A stretch of DNA of 64,000 bases from Pirellulales bacterium (GCA_044336985.1 JBIIOK010000002.1:4199-68198); one strand, 5' to 3'; positions 38,076 through 46,423 are shown, counted from the stretch's first letter. The notes: generated from the sequence alone by a model not told the origin. A program made the numbers and translations.

Positions 38076-38345
38076 ATGCCCGTGGGTTTTCCTTCGATTC
38101 GTGTGGATCATGCCAATGCCCTGCACCACCTCTGGTGCAACAACGGCACCTGGTGGGTCCATTACACGGTTCACTTCGACCACCGGAAGCGGCGGATTCG
38201 GCGTTCGTTGCAGACGCGTTCGCTGACAGAGGCGATCCTGCGCCGCGACTCGCTCTTGCTGCAGATCTCGAGCGACGGTGAGGCGGTGCCGGAGCGGACA
38301 CGCGAAGCCGGGGCGGCGGCGTTTGATCGGCGAACGGTGGCGTGA
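38076..38345 (+). CDS. integrase N-terminal-domain-like small protein (89 aa; remnant or stand-alone)
   Basis: GGAAAGGAG SD. HLWCNNGTWWVHYTVHFDHRKRRIRRSLQTRSLTEAILRRDSLL resembles the N-terminal arm/SAM-like domain of tyrosine integrases. No catalytic domain follows. Confidence 0.5.
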   Translation: MPVGFPSIRVDHANALHHLWCNNGTWWVHYTVHFDHRKRRIRRSLQTRSLTEAILRRDSLLLQISSDGEAVPERTREAGAAAFDRRTVA

Positions 38346-38355
38346 ACGAGCGCGG

Positions 38356-39567
38356 TTACGTCGGCAGTCGCAGGCTCGCGAGCGTGCCCGGCAGGGCCTC
38401 GCGCTCCCGCGCGTAAAAGTGCCGCAGCCGCCGCGTGTCGATCTGGAGCTCGCGCCGCGTTTCGCCGAGGGGCTTGTCGAGCATGTCGTCGCGGAGCACG
38501 AGGTGCAGGTTCCACACCCCGCATTCCTTACCCGCTTCGAGGCCGAGGTCGTAGGCGGCGAGTGTTTTTTTCGAGATGCGGTAGGGCTCGGGATAGAGGT
38601 GCGACACGGCACACTTGAAGAACCATCGCTCCAGGGCCGTCACGGCCTTCGTGCTGCCCATCGTAAATCCGATCACGAAGGCCTCGTCCTGATCCAGGAG
38701 ACCGCGGCCGAGCAAGACATGGATCATGTCGTGGTCTTTCAAGTTCACGGCGCCGTGCAGGCGGAGCAGTCCCTGCGGGTTTTCGAAGAGCCGCACGATC
38801 CAGGGGATGGCGGCGGCGGGCGCTGCCGGCAGTTCCGAGAGCACTTCGCGAAGCGTGCGGTGATCGTTGTCGAGGCCGGGAAACCATTCCCACCAGTTGG
38901 TCGTGCGCGTGTCGCTGGTCTTGGCCTCGCCTTCGGGCAGGGCGAGTGCCGCGAGGGCGTCGAACCGCGTGAGCATGCCCTCGGGGTCGGGGCTGTGGGC
39001 CGCGAGTATCGCCTGGCCTTCGCCAAACCGATTGAGCTCGTGGGCGACGATCTCGCGCACGGCGCCGATCGTCTCTGGCGTGAGCTGCCCGGCGGGGAGG
39101 AGCCCGTTGATCCCCTGCAGGATCTTTTCGGTGGAGGCCTCCACATCGCGCGCCCCCGGAGTGAGGAGCCGCATCTGCAGAAACCCGCCTGCGGCGAGGG
39201 CGCGGACGGTGGCGTTGACGATCGCCGTCGCTTCATCGTGGGCCACGGCGTGGCCGGTCGCATACCGCGGCGTTCCTTCCTCGATCGCCCGCACGAGCAC
39301 CCGCACATAGCCCTCTGTGGTGTCGCCGTTGCGCGAGGCCACGGAGTCGATGGCGAACGGGATGCGGGAGAGCGACTGAAGCGCGGCGGCAGCGGCAGCC
39401 TCGAGGCTCGGGCCCGATCCGGTAAAGAGTTCGATCGCGCCGCGTGGATTCCGGATCGGGATGGAGAGGCTCAAGCCCGCTGGCTCCGCAGCCGGCGCCG
39501 TGGCCGCCCTGCCGATCTCGATCCGCCCCACGCGGATAAACCGCCCAGCCTCGTCGTGTCGTCCCAT
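38356..39567 (-). CDS. hypothetical two-domain protein with C-terminal Coq4-like domain (HDxxH-x11-E)
   Basis: KDHDMIHVLLGRGLLDQDEAFVIGFT matches the Coq4-family zinc-ligand pattern as I recall it. The N-terminal ~130 aa is a separate alpha/beta-looking module. Confidence 0.6.
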   Translation of the reverse strand: MGRHDEAGRFIRVGRIEIGRAATAPAAEPAGLSLSIPIRNPRGAIELFTGSGPSLEAAAAAALQSLSRIPFAIDSVASRNGDTTEGYVRVLVRAIEEGTPRYATGHAVAHDEATAIVNATVRALAAGGFLQMRLLTPGARDVEASTEKILQGINGLLPAGQLTPETIGAVREIVAHELNRFGEGQAILAAHSPDPEGMLTRFDALAALALPEGEAKTSDTRTTNWWEWFPGLDNDHRTLREVLSELPAAPAAAIPWIVRLFENPQGLLRLHGAVNLKDHDMIHVLLGRGLLDQDEAFVIGFTMGSTKAVTALERWFFKCAVSHLYPEPYRISKKTLAAYDLGLEAGKECGVWNLHLVLRDDMLDKPLGETRRELQIDTRRLRHFYAREREALPGTLASLRLPT

Positions 39568-39718
39568 GGCCGGACTCCGAAAGCAGTCTTTTCACCCTGA
39601 ATTATACGCCGCGAATTGGCCCTGACTCGGGTGTGCACCGTCTGCTATACCCCCAACACTGCGACCCCAATGGGCGGCAGATCCCGTGTCGGCCTGTGGG
39701 CAATCTGGAGCCTCGTGC

Positions 39719-40294
39719 GTGAACGAAATACTGTTGCAGTGTCTTGGTATCTCAGCCTGGTTCGTCGTGCTCATCGTGCTGATGTCGCTGATCGAGCATC
39801 AGATCCACTGCCGCCTGATGCACAAGAAGCCGCGGCACTTTCTGGTACGCAATCTCAGGGCCCGGAATCGAATTTTCACGAGCCACGCCGTCGAGCATCA
39901 CAAGCAATACCGCCAGGAATTTCACGACGATCCGGTGCCGCACGGCGAGGATCGCGGCATTCGCCTGAATATCCTCGAGGGGATCGTGGAGTCGCTGCCG
40001 GTCGTCATCGTCCTGGCGCCGTTTTCCATCACGGGCGCGGTGATGTTTCCGATGGTGGTCTGCCTGCATCACGTGATCTGGAATCAGATCCACATGGAGA
40101 TGCACAAGCCGGAAGGCCGGTTCTTCGCCAATTGGGCGGCGTATAAGAGCGTGGCGCGTCATCACTTCCTGCACCACCGTTATCCCGACAAGAACTTCAA
40201 CGTGGCGTTTCCGATTGGGGATTTCCTGTTTAACACGGTCGCCAAGCCGACGCCCGCCGATTGGCAGGCGATGAAGGCCGAAGGAATCGCCTGA
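39719..40294 (+). CDS. fatty acid hydroxylase / sterol desaturase superfamily membrane protein
   Basis: Histidine boxes HQIHCRLMH, HAVEHH, HHVIWNQIHMEMH, HHFLHH. Start is GTG 39719 or GTG 39686. My hand count of nt 39721-39780 gives 50% GC. Confidence 0.8.
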   Translation: MNEILLQCLGISAWFVVLIVLMSLIEHQIHCRLMHKKPRHFLVRNLRARNRIFTSHAVEHHKQYRQEFHDDPVPHGEDRGIRLNILEGIVESLPVVIVLAPFSITGAVMFPMVVCLHHVIWNQIHMEMHKPEGRFFANWAAYKSVARHHFLHHRYPDKNFNVAFPIGDFLFNTVAKPTPADWQAMKAEGIA

Positions 40295-40333
40295 CGGCCG
40301 GGCCGCGAGCATGGTTTGCGCCCGTCTCAAACG

Positions 40334-41245
40334 TCACCAGCGCCAAGAGAGGCCGGAGCCGCCGAAGAAGTCGGCCGCTGCTTCGTTGAGGCCGACGGCC
40401 GCGTGGATGTCGATCTGCAGGTTCGGCAGCAGAAACCAGTGCAGCCCGCCGTGGGAGTAGGCCTGCTGCGGCACGCCCACGGCCCCGGACTGGGCGAAGA
40501 TGACGAACTCGTTGAAGAGCATCACCCGCGGCCCGACGTCGTATTCGAAGTTGAAGGTCTGCAGATATTCGGTGTAGTAGCCGGCCGCATCGGGATTGCG
40601 CCGTCGATTGACGTTCGTGTTGCCCTCGATCTCGATCCGCTCCGAGACCCGCCAGGCATAGACGAAATTCATGCCGGGAAGCACTTCATCGGCGGTGTAG
40701 GCCGGGCTGCCGGTCGGCACCTTCATCTGCGGGAAGATCGTCAGTTCCGGCAGAATGCCGGCCTGGGCCGCAAGCGCCACCTTCGCGCCGAGGTAGAGGT
40801 CGTCGCTGCCGGCGGCGGTGAATGGGCCCGAGGGGCCCGAGACAGCCTGGGCGAAGGAGTTGTATTGGATGCGAAACTCAAACCACTCCTGAAACAGGCC
40901 GGCCCGCACGAGCGTCTCGGGAAACGAGTGCAGCTGCTCCGTCGTGCCGGCCGAGCGGTCGAGGAAATACGTGTAGCCGTTCTCGAATTGCACGCGGCCC
41001 AGGCCCACCGTCGATGCCGCCTCGGCGAGGTGTGGTCGGTCGGTCACGATGCGGTCACCGTAAAGGCCCTCCTCGCCGCCGCCGTCATCGCCGCCGTCAT
41101 ACATATAGGAGAGCAGTTTCTTGGGCCGCTCCTCGGCCATCAGGCACTGGGGCGGGCCGGTCGCTGCCCAGGCCAGCAGCCACGCGGCGAAGATGACGGC
41201 GCACCTCCGCAGCGAGCGCAGACAAAATATTCCGTTTCCGGCCAT
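40334..41245 (-). CDS. outer-membrane beta-barrel protein (MetA/phenol-degradation-pathway-like 'transporter' family)
   Basis: Signal peptide. DRPHLAEA and alternating beta-strand pattern. C-terminal GGSGLSWRW. Confidence 0.75.
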   Translation of the reverse strand: MAGNGIFCLRSLRRCAVIFAAWLLAWAATGPPQCLMAEERPKKLLSYMYDGGDDGGGEEGLYGDRIVTDRPHLAEAASTVGLGRVQFENGYTYFLDRSAGTTEQLHSFPETLVRAGLFQEWFEFRIQYNSFAQAVSGPSGPFTAAGSDDLYLGAKVALAAQAGILPELTIFPQMKVPTGSPAYTADEVLPGMNFVYAWRVSERIEIEGNTNVNRRRNPDAAGYYTEYLQTFNFEYDVGPRVMLFNEFVIFAQSGAVGVPQQAYSHGGLHWFLLPNLQIDIHAAVGLNEAAADFFGGSGLSWRW

Positions 41246-41461
41246 GCCTTAGTAGTCGGCTTTTCCGGTCAGAGAATCGGCTGAAAGCTGGCGGCAGCGG
41301 CTTCACGAAACCCCGCATCTTCCACCGTTTCGCCAGCCACCTCAGGCATCGTCCGTGTCGGCGCGCGGCCCGTTGCTCGCAAGCGGTGCGGAATCTGTGG
41401 TAACGTGCTGGTCCGTTTCGTGTTTCGTTTCAACACGCTTCCGACCGACTGGAGAATCGCG

Positions 41462-41830
41462 ATGCCCCGCCTCATGAAGTTTCTGAAGTTCACCTGCGTC
41501 GTTGTGGTGGTCGTGGCGGCGGTTTGCTCGACTGCAGAAGCTCGTCCCGCACGGGGCGGCCGTGGTGTGGGGACTCGTGGTGTGGGAGCGGGCGCTCGTG
41601 GAGCAGGCGTATTGCCCGGGCGGGGAGTTGGTGCACCGGGCGTGGGTGTGAAACCACAATCGACCGTGGTCGTGCCCGGTGCTGGTGCACCGGGTGTGGG
41701 AGTCGCGCCGGGGGCAGGTGTAGGGGCCGCTGGAGTAGGTGTCCGCCCCGGCGTTGGTGCCGGAGCACCGGGAGCGGGAGTCGCGCCGGGTGCCGGGGCC
41801 GGGGCCGGTGGCGCAGGCCGCGGTCGCTAG
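41462..41830 (+). CDS. small secreted Gly/Val/Pro/Ala repeat (elastin-like) protein
   Basis: Signal peptide MPRLMKFLKFTCVVVVVVAAVCSTAEA, then GVGAPGVGV / PGAGAPGVGVAPGAGVGAAGVGV repeats. Confidence 0.55.
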   Translation: MPRLMKFLKFTCVVVVVVAAVCSTAEARPARGGRGVGTRGVGAGARGAGVLPGRGVGAPGVGVKPQSTVVVPGAGAPGVGVAPGAGVGAAGVGVRPGVGAGAPGAGVAPGAGAGAGGAGRGR

Positions 41831-41872
41831 TGTCGGCGGGCTACCCGCTTGCTTCCTCGCGGTGGGGTCGCA

Positions 41873-42580
41873 TCAACGGGCCTGGCTAGGAGCCTGCTCG
41901 TGCAGCAGGCTCGCGACCAGTTCGGGCACGCCTTCGCAGGCGGTCTTCGTGATGCACTCGCAGAGGGCGTCTGAAGCCATGTCCGGCACCTCGGGATTCA
42001 CGACGATCTGCCGGGCGCGGCGGGGAGCGGCGAAGATGAGCGAGTTGGCCGGGTAGACCTGCAGCGACGTGCCGACGCATAGAAAGATGTCGGCCTGCGA
42101 CACGATCATGGCCGCTTCGTCCATTGCCGGCACCATCTCTCCAAACCAGACGATGTGCGGTCGCAACTGGCTACCCGCTGGGCAGTGGTCGCCGAGAGCG
42201 ATGTCGGCATCGCCGAGGTGCCGCACGCAGTCGGGATTCCGCGTGCTGCGGGCATAGAGCACCTCGCCGTGCAGGTGGAGCACGCGGGTCGAGCCGGCCC
42301 GTTCATGCAGGTCGTCGACATTTTGCGTGACGATTGAGACGTCGTAGCCCCGCTCGAGGTCCACGAGGGCCCGGTGTGCGGCATTCGGCTGGGCCGCCCG
42401 CACCTGCCGCCGCCGCTCGTTGTAAAACTCGAGCACAAGCGCCGGGTTTCTGGCCCAGGCCTCGGGCGTGGCCACGTCCTCGACGCGATGGCCTTCCCAC
42501 AGCCCATCATCGCCGCGGAATGTCTTGAGCCCGCTTTCGGCGCTGATGCCGGCACCGGTGAATACGACGACTTTCTTCAT
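41873..42580 (-). CDS. cobB: NAD-dependent protein deacylase (Sir2/CobB class III sirtuin)
   Basis: ORF trimmed to MKKVVVFTGAGISAESGLKTFRG. FYNERRRQ, QNVDDLHERAG, HLHGE, VWFGE, GTSLQVYPA. Only two Cys where CobB usually has four. Confidence 0.92.
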   Translation of the reverse strand: MKKVVVFTGAGISAESGLKTFRGDDGLWEGHRVEDVATPEAWARNPALVLEFYNERRRQVRAAQPNAAHRALVDLERGYDVSIVTQNVDDLHERAGSTRVLHLHGEVLYARSTRNPDCVRHLGDADIALGDHCPAGSQLRPHIVWFGEMVPAMDEAAMIVSQADIFLCVGTSLQVYPANSLIFAAPRRARQIVVNPEVPDMASDALCECITKTACEGVPELVASLLHEQAPSQAR

Positions 42581-42615
42581 CACAATCTCCTGTGCACAGC
42601 AGAGCGTCTTTGCGG

Positions 42616-43578
42616 TCACTCCGCCAAGACGGCCACATGGAGCGGGGTCGCTTCGTCGAAGGCCGTGTCAAACGCCTCGAAGCGGTGGTGCGACGTGCCG
42701 CGGTGGGTGCGAAGCCGCGTGCGGGGCGGCAGCCGTTCCTCCTCCGAATGCGTCGGCCGAGTGGCCTCTTGGTTTTCCAACCATGCGCGGATCGTTTCGA
42801 TGGAGGGCGGCTCGGTTGTCGCGGTGCTTGCCTGGTCGCGCTGCTGACGCTGCCCGATGGCCTCGGTGGCGGCGGCCCGGAGCAGTTTTCGCCAGAGCTT
42901 CGCAAAGAGCTTCGGATTGACGTAGCGATCCGCATGGCTGGGCACGCCGTTGATCGCCCACACCACGCCCAGAGCGCGGCCCCCGGCTGCCGCCGGAGCG
43001 CGTTCCAGCTGCGATGTGTAATCCTCGATGGCGTGCTGCACGGCCGCGTCTTCGTAGGTCAGCTGCAGGCTCGTGGGTGAATCGGTGGAACGCACCTCGT
43101 TGCCGATCGCCGCCGACAGGTTCAGCTGTTCCTCGCTCACGGTATGCCACACCTCACCCTGGCTCTTGGCGATGCGGAGCGCCAGGCGTGCCTTCTTCGA
43201 CGCCAGAAAATCTTTCGAGGCCGAAAAGTGCTGCACAGACTCGTGATTGCGGCGGTGCCACCGGGCCTGCTCCACGCAGTAGGCGGGAAGCGGGATCTTT
43301 CCCGACCGGGCCGGCACGATGAAATCGGCGCCGATCGTCCGGTCCTGCCGCCCTCCCTTCACGATGTCGCCGGCCTGGATGAAGAGGTCGAGGTCGCCCG
43401 CATTTTCGATGAGCAGTTCGTTCACGCTTCCCGTCTCGTGAACGATCGCCGTCTGGGCGTCGATCGACTCCTCGAGCACGGCGTAGTCGGGATCAGCGGT
43501 CGCGGGGCTGGGGGAGGAGCCGAGGATGAACCAGGCGGTCAGGTTGTGGGCGGTGACTGGCGTGCTGAGCGTTTCCAT
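42616..43578 (-). CDS. conserved uncharacterised protein (resembles the DUF6569 / 'ARPP-1' family as I recall it)
   Basis: ORF trimmed to METLSTPV. NLTAWFILG, GSVNELLIENAGDLDLFIQAGDIVKGGRQDRTIGADFIVPA, IPLPAYCVEQARWH, GEVWHTV. Lies 35 nt upstream of cobB, which has its own AGGAGA SD. Confidence 0.7.
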   Translation of the reverse strand: METLSTPVTAHNLTAWFILGSSPSPATADPDYAVLEESIDAQTAIVHETGSVNELLIENAGDLDLFIQAGDIVKGGRQDRTIGADFIVPARSGKIPLPAYCVEQARWHRRNHESVQHFSASKDFLASKKARLALRIAKSQGEVWHTVSEEQLNLSAAIGNEVRSTDSPTSLQLTYEDAAVQHAIEDYTSQLERAPAAAGGRALGVVWAINGVPSHADRYVNPKLFAKLWRKLLRAAATEAIGQRQQRDQASTATTEPPSIETIRAWLENQEATRPTHSEEERLPPRTRLRTHRGTSHHRFEAFDTAFDEATPLHVAVLAE

Positions 43579-43744
43579 GCATTGTTCCTGTGGTGAATGG
43601 TCCGTGGGGCGCGACGACATGCCCCACACGTGGACATTATTTTACCGCTCCGGCAAGGGGGATGTCCCCCGCGCTCTGTCATAGAGGGACCAAGGTTGTC
43701 CCTCGCGCCCGCAAGAATGGCGAAGCTTTGAAAAGGAGGCTGCC

Positions 43745-43939
43745 ATGATCGGACCGGCGAAGAATCGGTTGCACGACTATGAAGCGGGGTGGCTCACTCT
43801 TTTGATCGAGATGGGCGTGGCCTCACAAGCGGAGGCCGAGGCCGCCATGCATCGCGTCGCCCAGGAGGCGATCGATGAGATGGAAGCAAAGCGGGAGCGT
43901 CGTCGCGCCGCGAAACGCCGCAAAAAACCGCCGGAGTGA
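43745..43939 (+). CDS. small hypothetical protein (64 aa, basic C-terminus)
   Basis: Strong SD AAAGGAGG 7 nt upstream. Helical, ends KRERRRAAKRRKKPPE. Confidence 0.5.
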   Translation: MIGPAKNRLHDYEAGWLTLLIEMGVASQAEAEAAMHRVAQEAIDEMEAKRERRRAAKRRKKPPE

Positions 43940-43982
43940 GGCGAGCGAAAGTCAGCAATAAAAAGACTGCGTCCCACTCCTG

Positions 43983-44026
43983 TTCAGCGCGCCGTGCGCT
44001 GAAAGCAGGGTAGGCTTCAGCCTGCC
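43983..44026 (+). repeat. 8-bp palindrome hairpin (43983-44003) followed by a family A unit, GGTAGGC variant (44008-44026)
   Basis: TTCAGCGC-GCCGT-GCGCTGAA, then GGGTAGGCTTCAGCCTGCC. Confidence 0.7.
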
Positions 44027-44085
44027 TCGCCTCTCCCCCGGGCGGCCGCGAAAAATAGCTGCGCCCCCTTTTTCCTCCGTGCCGC

Positions 44086-44358
44086 TCATGTGGGGCCTCC
44101 TTCCGCGCCTTCGTAGGCCACGTCGAAAAACCGTTGGCACGAGTTGCAAAACCATTTGCCGGGCTTCGGGCCGTTGGGAATCAGCTTGAACTTGCTGCAC
44201 GTGGCGGCTAGCCGGATCGTGAGCCCGATCACGCCCACCTGCACCGACGCCGTGCTGCTTGCACCGCACCGCGTGCACGGCGGCACCTCCATCTGCATGA
44301 ACCGGCTGTATAGCTCCTGATAGACCTGCTCGCGGTCAAACGACTGAGATTCAGCCAT
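44086..44358 (-). CDS. small zinc-ribbon protein (90 aa)
   Basis: CTRC ... CNSC pairs. Lies 29 nt downstream of 44388..44708 on the same strand. Confidence 0.5.
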   Translation of the reverse strand: MAESQSFDREQVYQELYSRFMQMEVPPCTRCGASSTASVQVGVIGLTIRLAATCSKFKLIPNGPKPGKWFCNSCQRFFDVAYEGAEGGPT

Positions 44359-44387
44359 CGTCGTGCTCCTTTCGGTTTCGATGTAGA

Positions 44388-44708
44388 TCAGGCGTTCTTA
44401 TCGTCTTCCCAATACACAGGCACGGCCGACCACCGCTCCTGATTGAGACGTGCCCGCTCCCGGTCGCGGAGGGCGCAGCAGTGGCGTGACGCGGTCGCAA
44501 ACTGCTCCTTGGCGAGCAGCCCGAGCCCTGCCTTCAGGTAAAGCGCCGCGGCTCGTTCACACTTCTTCACGGCGGCAGCGGCCTGCCGCTCCTTCGAGCC
44601 GGTCTCGGCCAGGCTGGAAATCCGTTCGGCCTCGGCCGCGGCGGCATCGGCCGCCTGGATCAAACGCTGCCGCCTGCGAAACAGCTTCCGAAAAACATCT
44701 TTGGACAT
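44388..44708 (-). CDS. small hypothetical helical protein (106 aa)
   Basis: ORF trimmed to MSKDVFRKLFRRRQRL. No motif recognised. Confidence 0.45.
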   Translation of the reverse strand: MSKDVFRKLFRRRQRLIQAADAAAAEAERISSLAETGSKERQAAAAVKKCERAAALYLKAGLGLLAKEQFATASRHCCALRDRERARLNQERWSAVPVYWEDDKNA

Positions 44709-45004
44709 CGTGCGCACTCCAGAATGAGCCACGCACCAAGAACCAGTTCGACAAGCGTTGCCGCCTGACAATCTGCTGCAACATTCTTTTCGTGGGGAAC
44801 GAGTCCTCACGCACATCCCGCCAGCACACTCATGCCGGCGGAAGCACCGTTTGCCTTGCAGTGGCCCGGTTGCCGAAACGCCGCCGAGGCGTTTCCGACC
44901 CGTCTTGGGGGACGTGTCGTTCCTGATGCTGCTTGCATTTTACCGGCCGACTACCGCGACGGCCATCTTTCGGCGGGCCGCGAGTGCGTCATAGCTCGGC
45001 GAGG

Positions 45005-46423
45005 TCAGGCGTCCTCGGTGTCGGCGGCCTCGATTTCTCCGGCGGCGATCGCTTCCGTGAGCCGCTTGTGATCGCCGGCCACGAAATGCGCCTCGGCCAC
45101 CGCAAACACCTCCACCGCTTCGGCGAAGGTTTTGTCGTCACCGAGGTAGGCGGCGATCGCCACGGTGTCGCCGCTGCGGGCGTGGGCCCGCGCGAGCGTG
45201 CGGGCGCAGAGGTCGGCGTAGAGTTCGACGGTGGCCAGCTTGGCCGACTCGACGTCGAAGCCCCCCTTCATGTCGTGTAGCTGACGGCCGAAGAACTGCT
45301 TGTTCGTGCCGGGCATGCCGTCGACCCAGCCGAGAAACAGGTCCGATACGGCCTGCATCAATTTCTGGCCGCGCACGATCCGCTGTCCTTCGTGCTCGAT
45401 GCGCGAGAAGTCCCCCATGTTTGTCACATGCGGAGCGAGCACGGAAGCCGTCGCTTCCTTGAATTGCAGGATGATCCGATCGTCGGCGTCGCGGCCTTCG
45501 AGGAGCGTGACGAAGCAGCGTGTGCCGATGCTGCCCACGCCCACCACCTTCCGTGCGGAATCGATGACCTTGTAGCGGCGGGCGATGACCTGGTTTTCCG
45601 GCGGGAGCGTCTCGACGAAGGCCGCGTAGCCGGTTTCGACATAGGCCCACAGCTTCTCATCCTCGAGCCGCTCGAGCACGGGCGGCTTCGATTTGAAGCG
45701 GGCCTTGCCATCCACGTCTTCAGTGAGCCGGGCGATCGCTCGTTCCTGCGTGCGGCGGCGGGCCTTCTCGAGCGCGGCCTCGGTGTCTTTCGCGGGTGCC
45801 CCCGAATCCGCCTCGTCGGCCAAGGCCTCGATGTCGGCCGCCGTCATGCGTTCGTAGAGCACGCCGACGGTCGGCTTCTTCGACAGCTCCTGCATGGTCT
45901 CGCGGTAGGTGTCGGCGATATGGCGGGCGAGTGCGGCGGCTTTGTCGGCCTCGTCTCTGGATTGCAGGCAGGTGACAAACGACGTCGCCAGCCGCAGCAC
46001 GTCCCACTCGAAGGGGCCCGGGTGGGTTTCGTCAAAATCGTTGACATCGAAGACGAGGTCCCGCTCGGGCGAGGCGTAGATGCCGAAATTGGAGAGGTGG
46101 GCGTCGCCGCAGAGCTGCACGATGAGATCGGTGCTCTTGCGGGCCCCCAGTGCGGTGGCCATCACGGAGGCGGAGCCGCGTAGCGTGGCCAGGGGGCACA
46201 CGGCCATGCGGGCGTGGCGGAGCGGCAGCAGTTCGGCGATCCGGTCGCGGCCTTCGGCGCGAAGCACGTCCACGATATCGGGCCGCTTCGTCCGGCACGT
46301 CGGGTCGCCCAGCTCCTCGACGGGCAGTTCCTTCGCTTGTTGCAGTCCGATCTCGATGCGGTCATCGAGCGTGGGGTGGGCCGGTGTCTCGGCCGCGGGG
46401 GTGGCGTCCATGCCCGCCATCAT
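45005..46423 (-). CDS. DUF2252 family protein
   Basis: LCGDAHLSNFG, NDFDET and the overall 470-aa layout match DUF2252 as I recall it. Confidence 0.85.
   Translation of the reverse strand: MMAGMDATPAAETPAHPTLDDRIEIGLQQAKELPVEELGDPTCRTKRPDIVDVLRAEGRDRIAELLPLRHARMAVCPLATLRGSASVMATALGARKSTDLIVQLCGDAHLSNFGIYASPERDLVFDVNDFDETHPGPFEWDVLRLATSFVTCLQSRDEADKAAALARHIADTYRETMQELSKKPTVGVLYERMTAADIEALADEADSGAPAKDTEAALEKARRRTQERAIARLTEDVDGKARFKSKPPVLERLEDEKLWAYVETGYAAFVETLPPENQVIARRYKVIDSARKVVGVGSIGTRCFVTLLEGRDADDRIILQFKEATASVLAPHVTNMGDFSRIEHEGQRIVRGQKLMQAVSDLFLGWVDGMPGTNKQFFGRQLHDMKGGFDVESAKLATVELYADLCARTLARAHARSGDTVAIAAYLGDDKTFAEAVEVFAVAEAHFVAGDHKRLTEAIAAGEIEAADTEDA

Noticed and set aside
37872-38612. 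246-aa minus-strand ORF spanning the integrase-remnant region
   Set aside because: Its composition is Arg/Ser/Cys/Thr-rich with no motifs. It overlaps both the SD-preceded plus-strand ORF 38076..38345 and the 3' end of 38356..39567. I judged it spurious.
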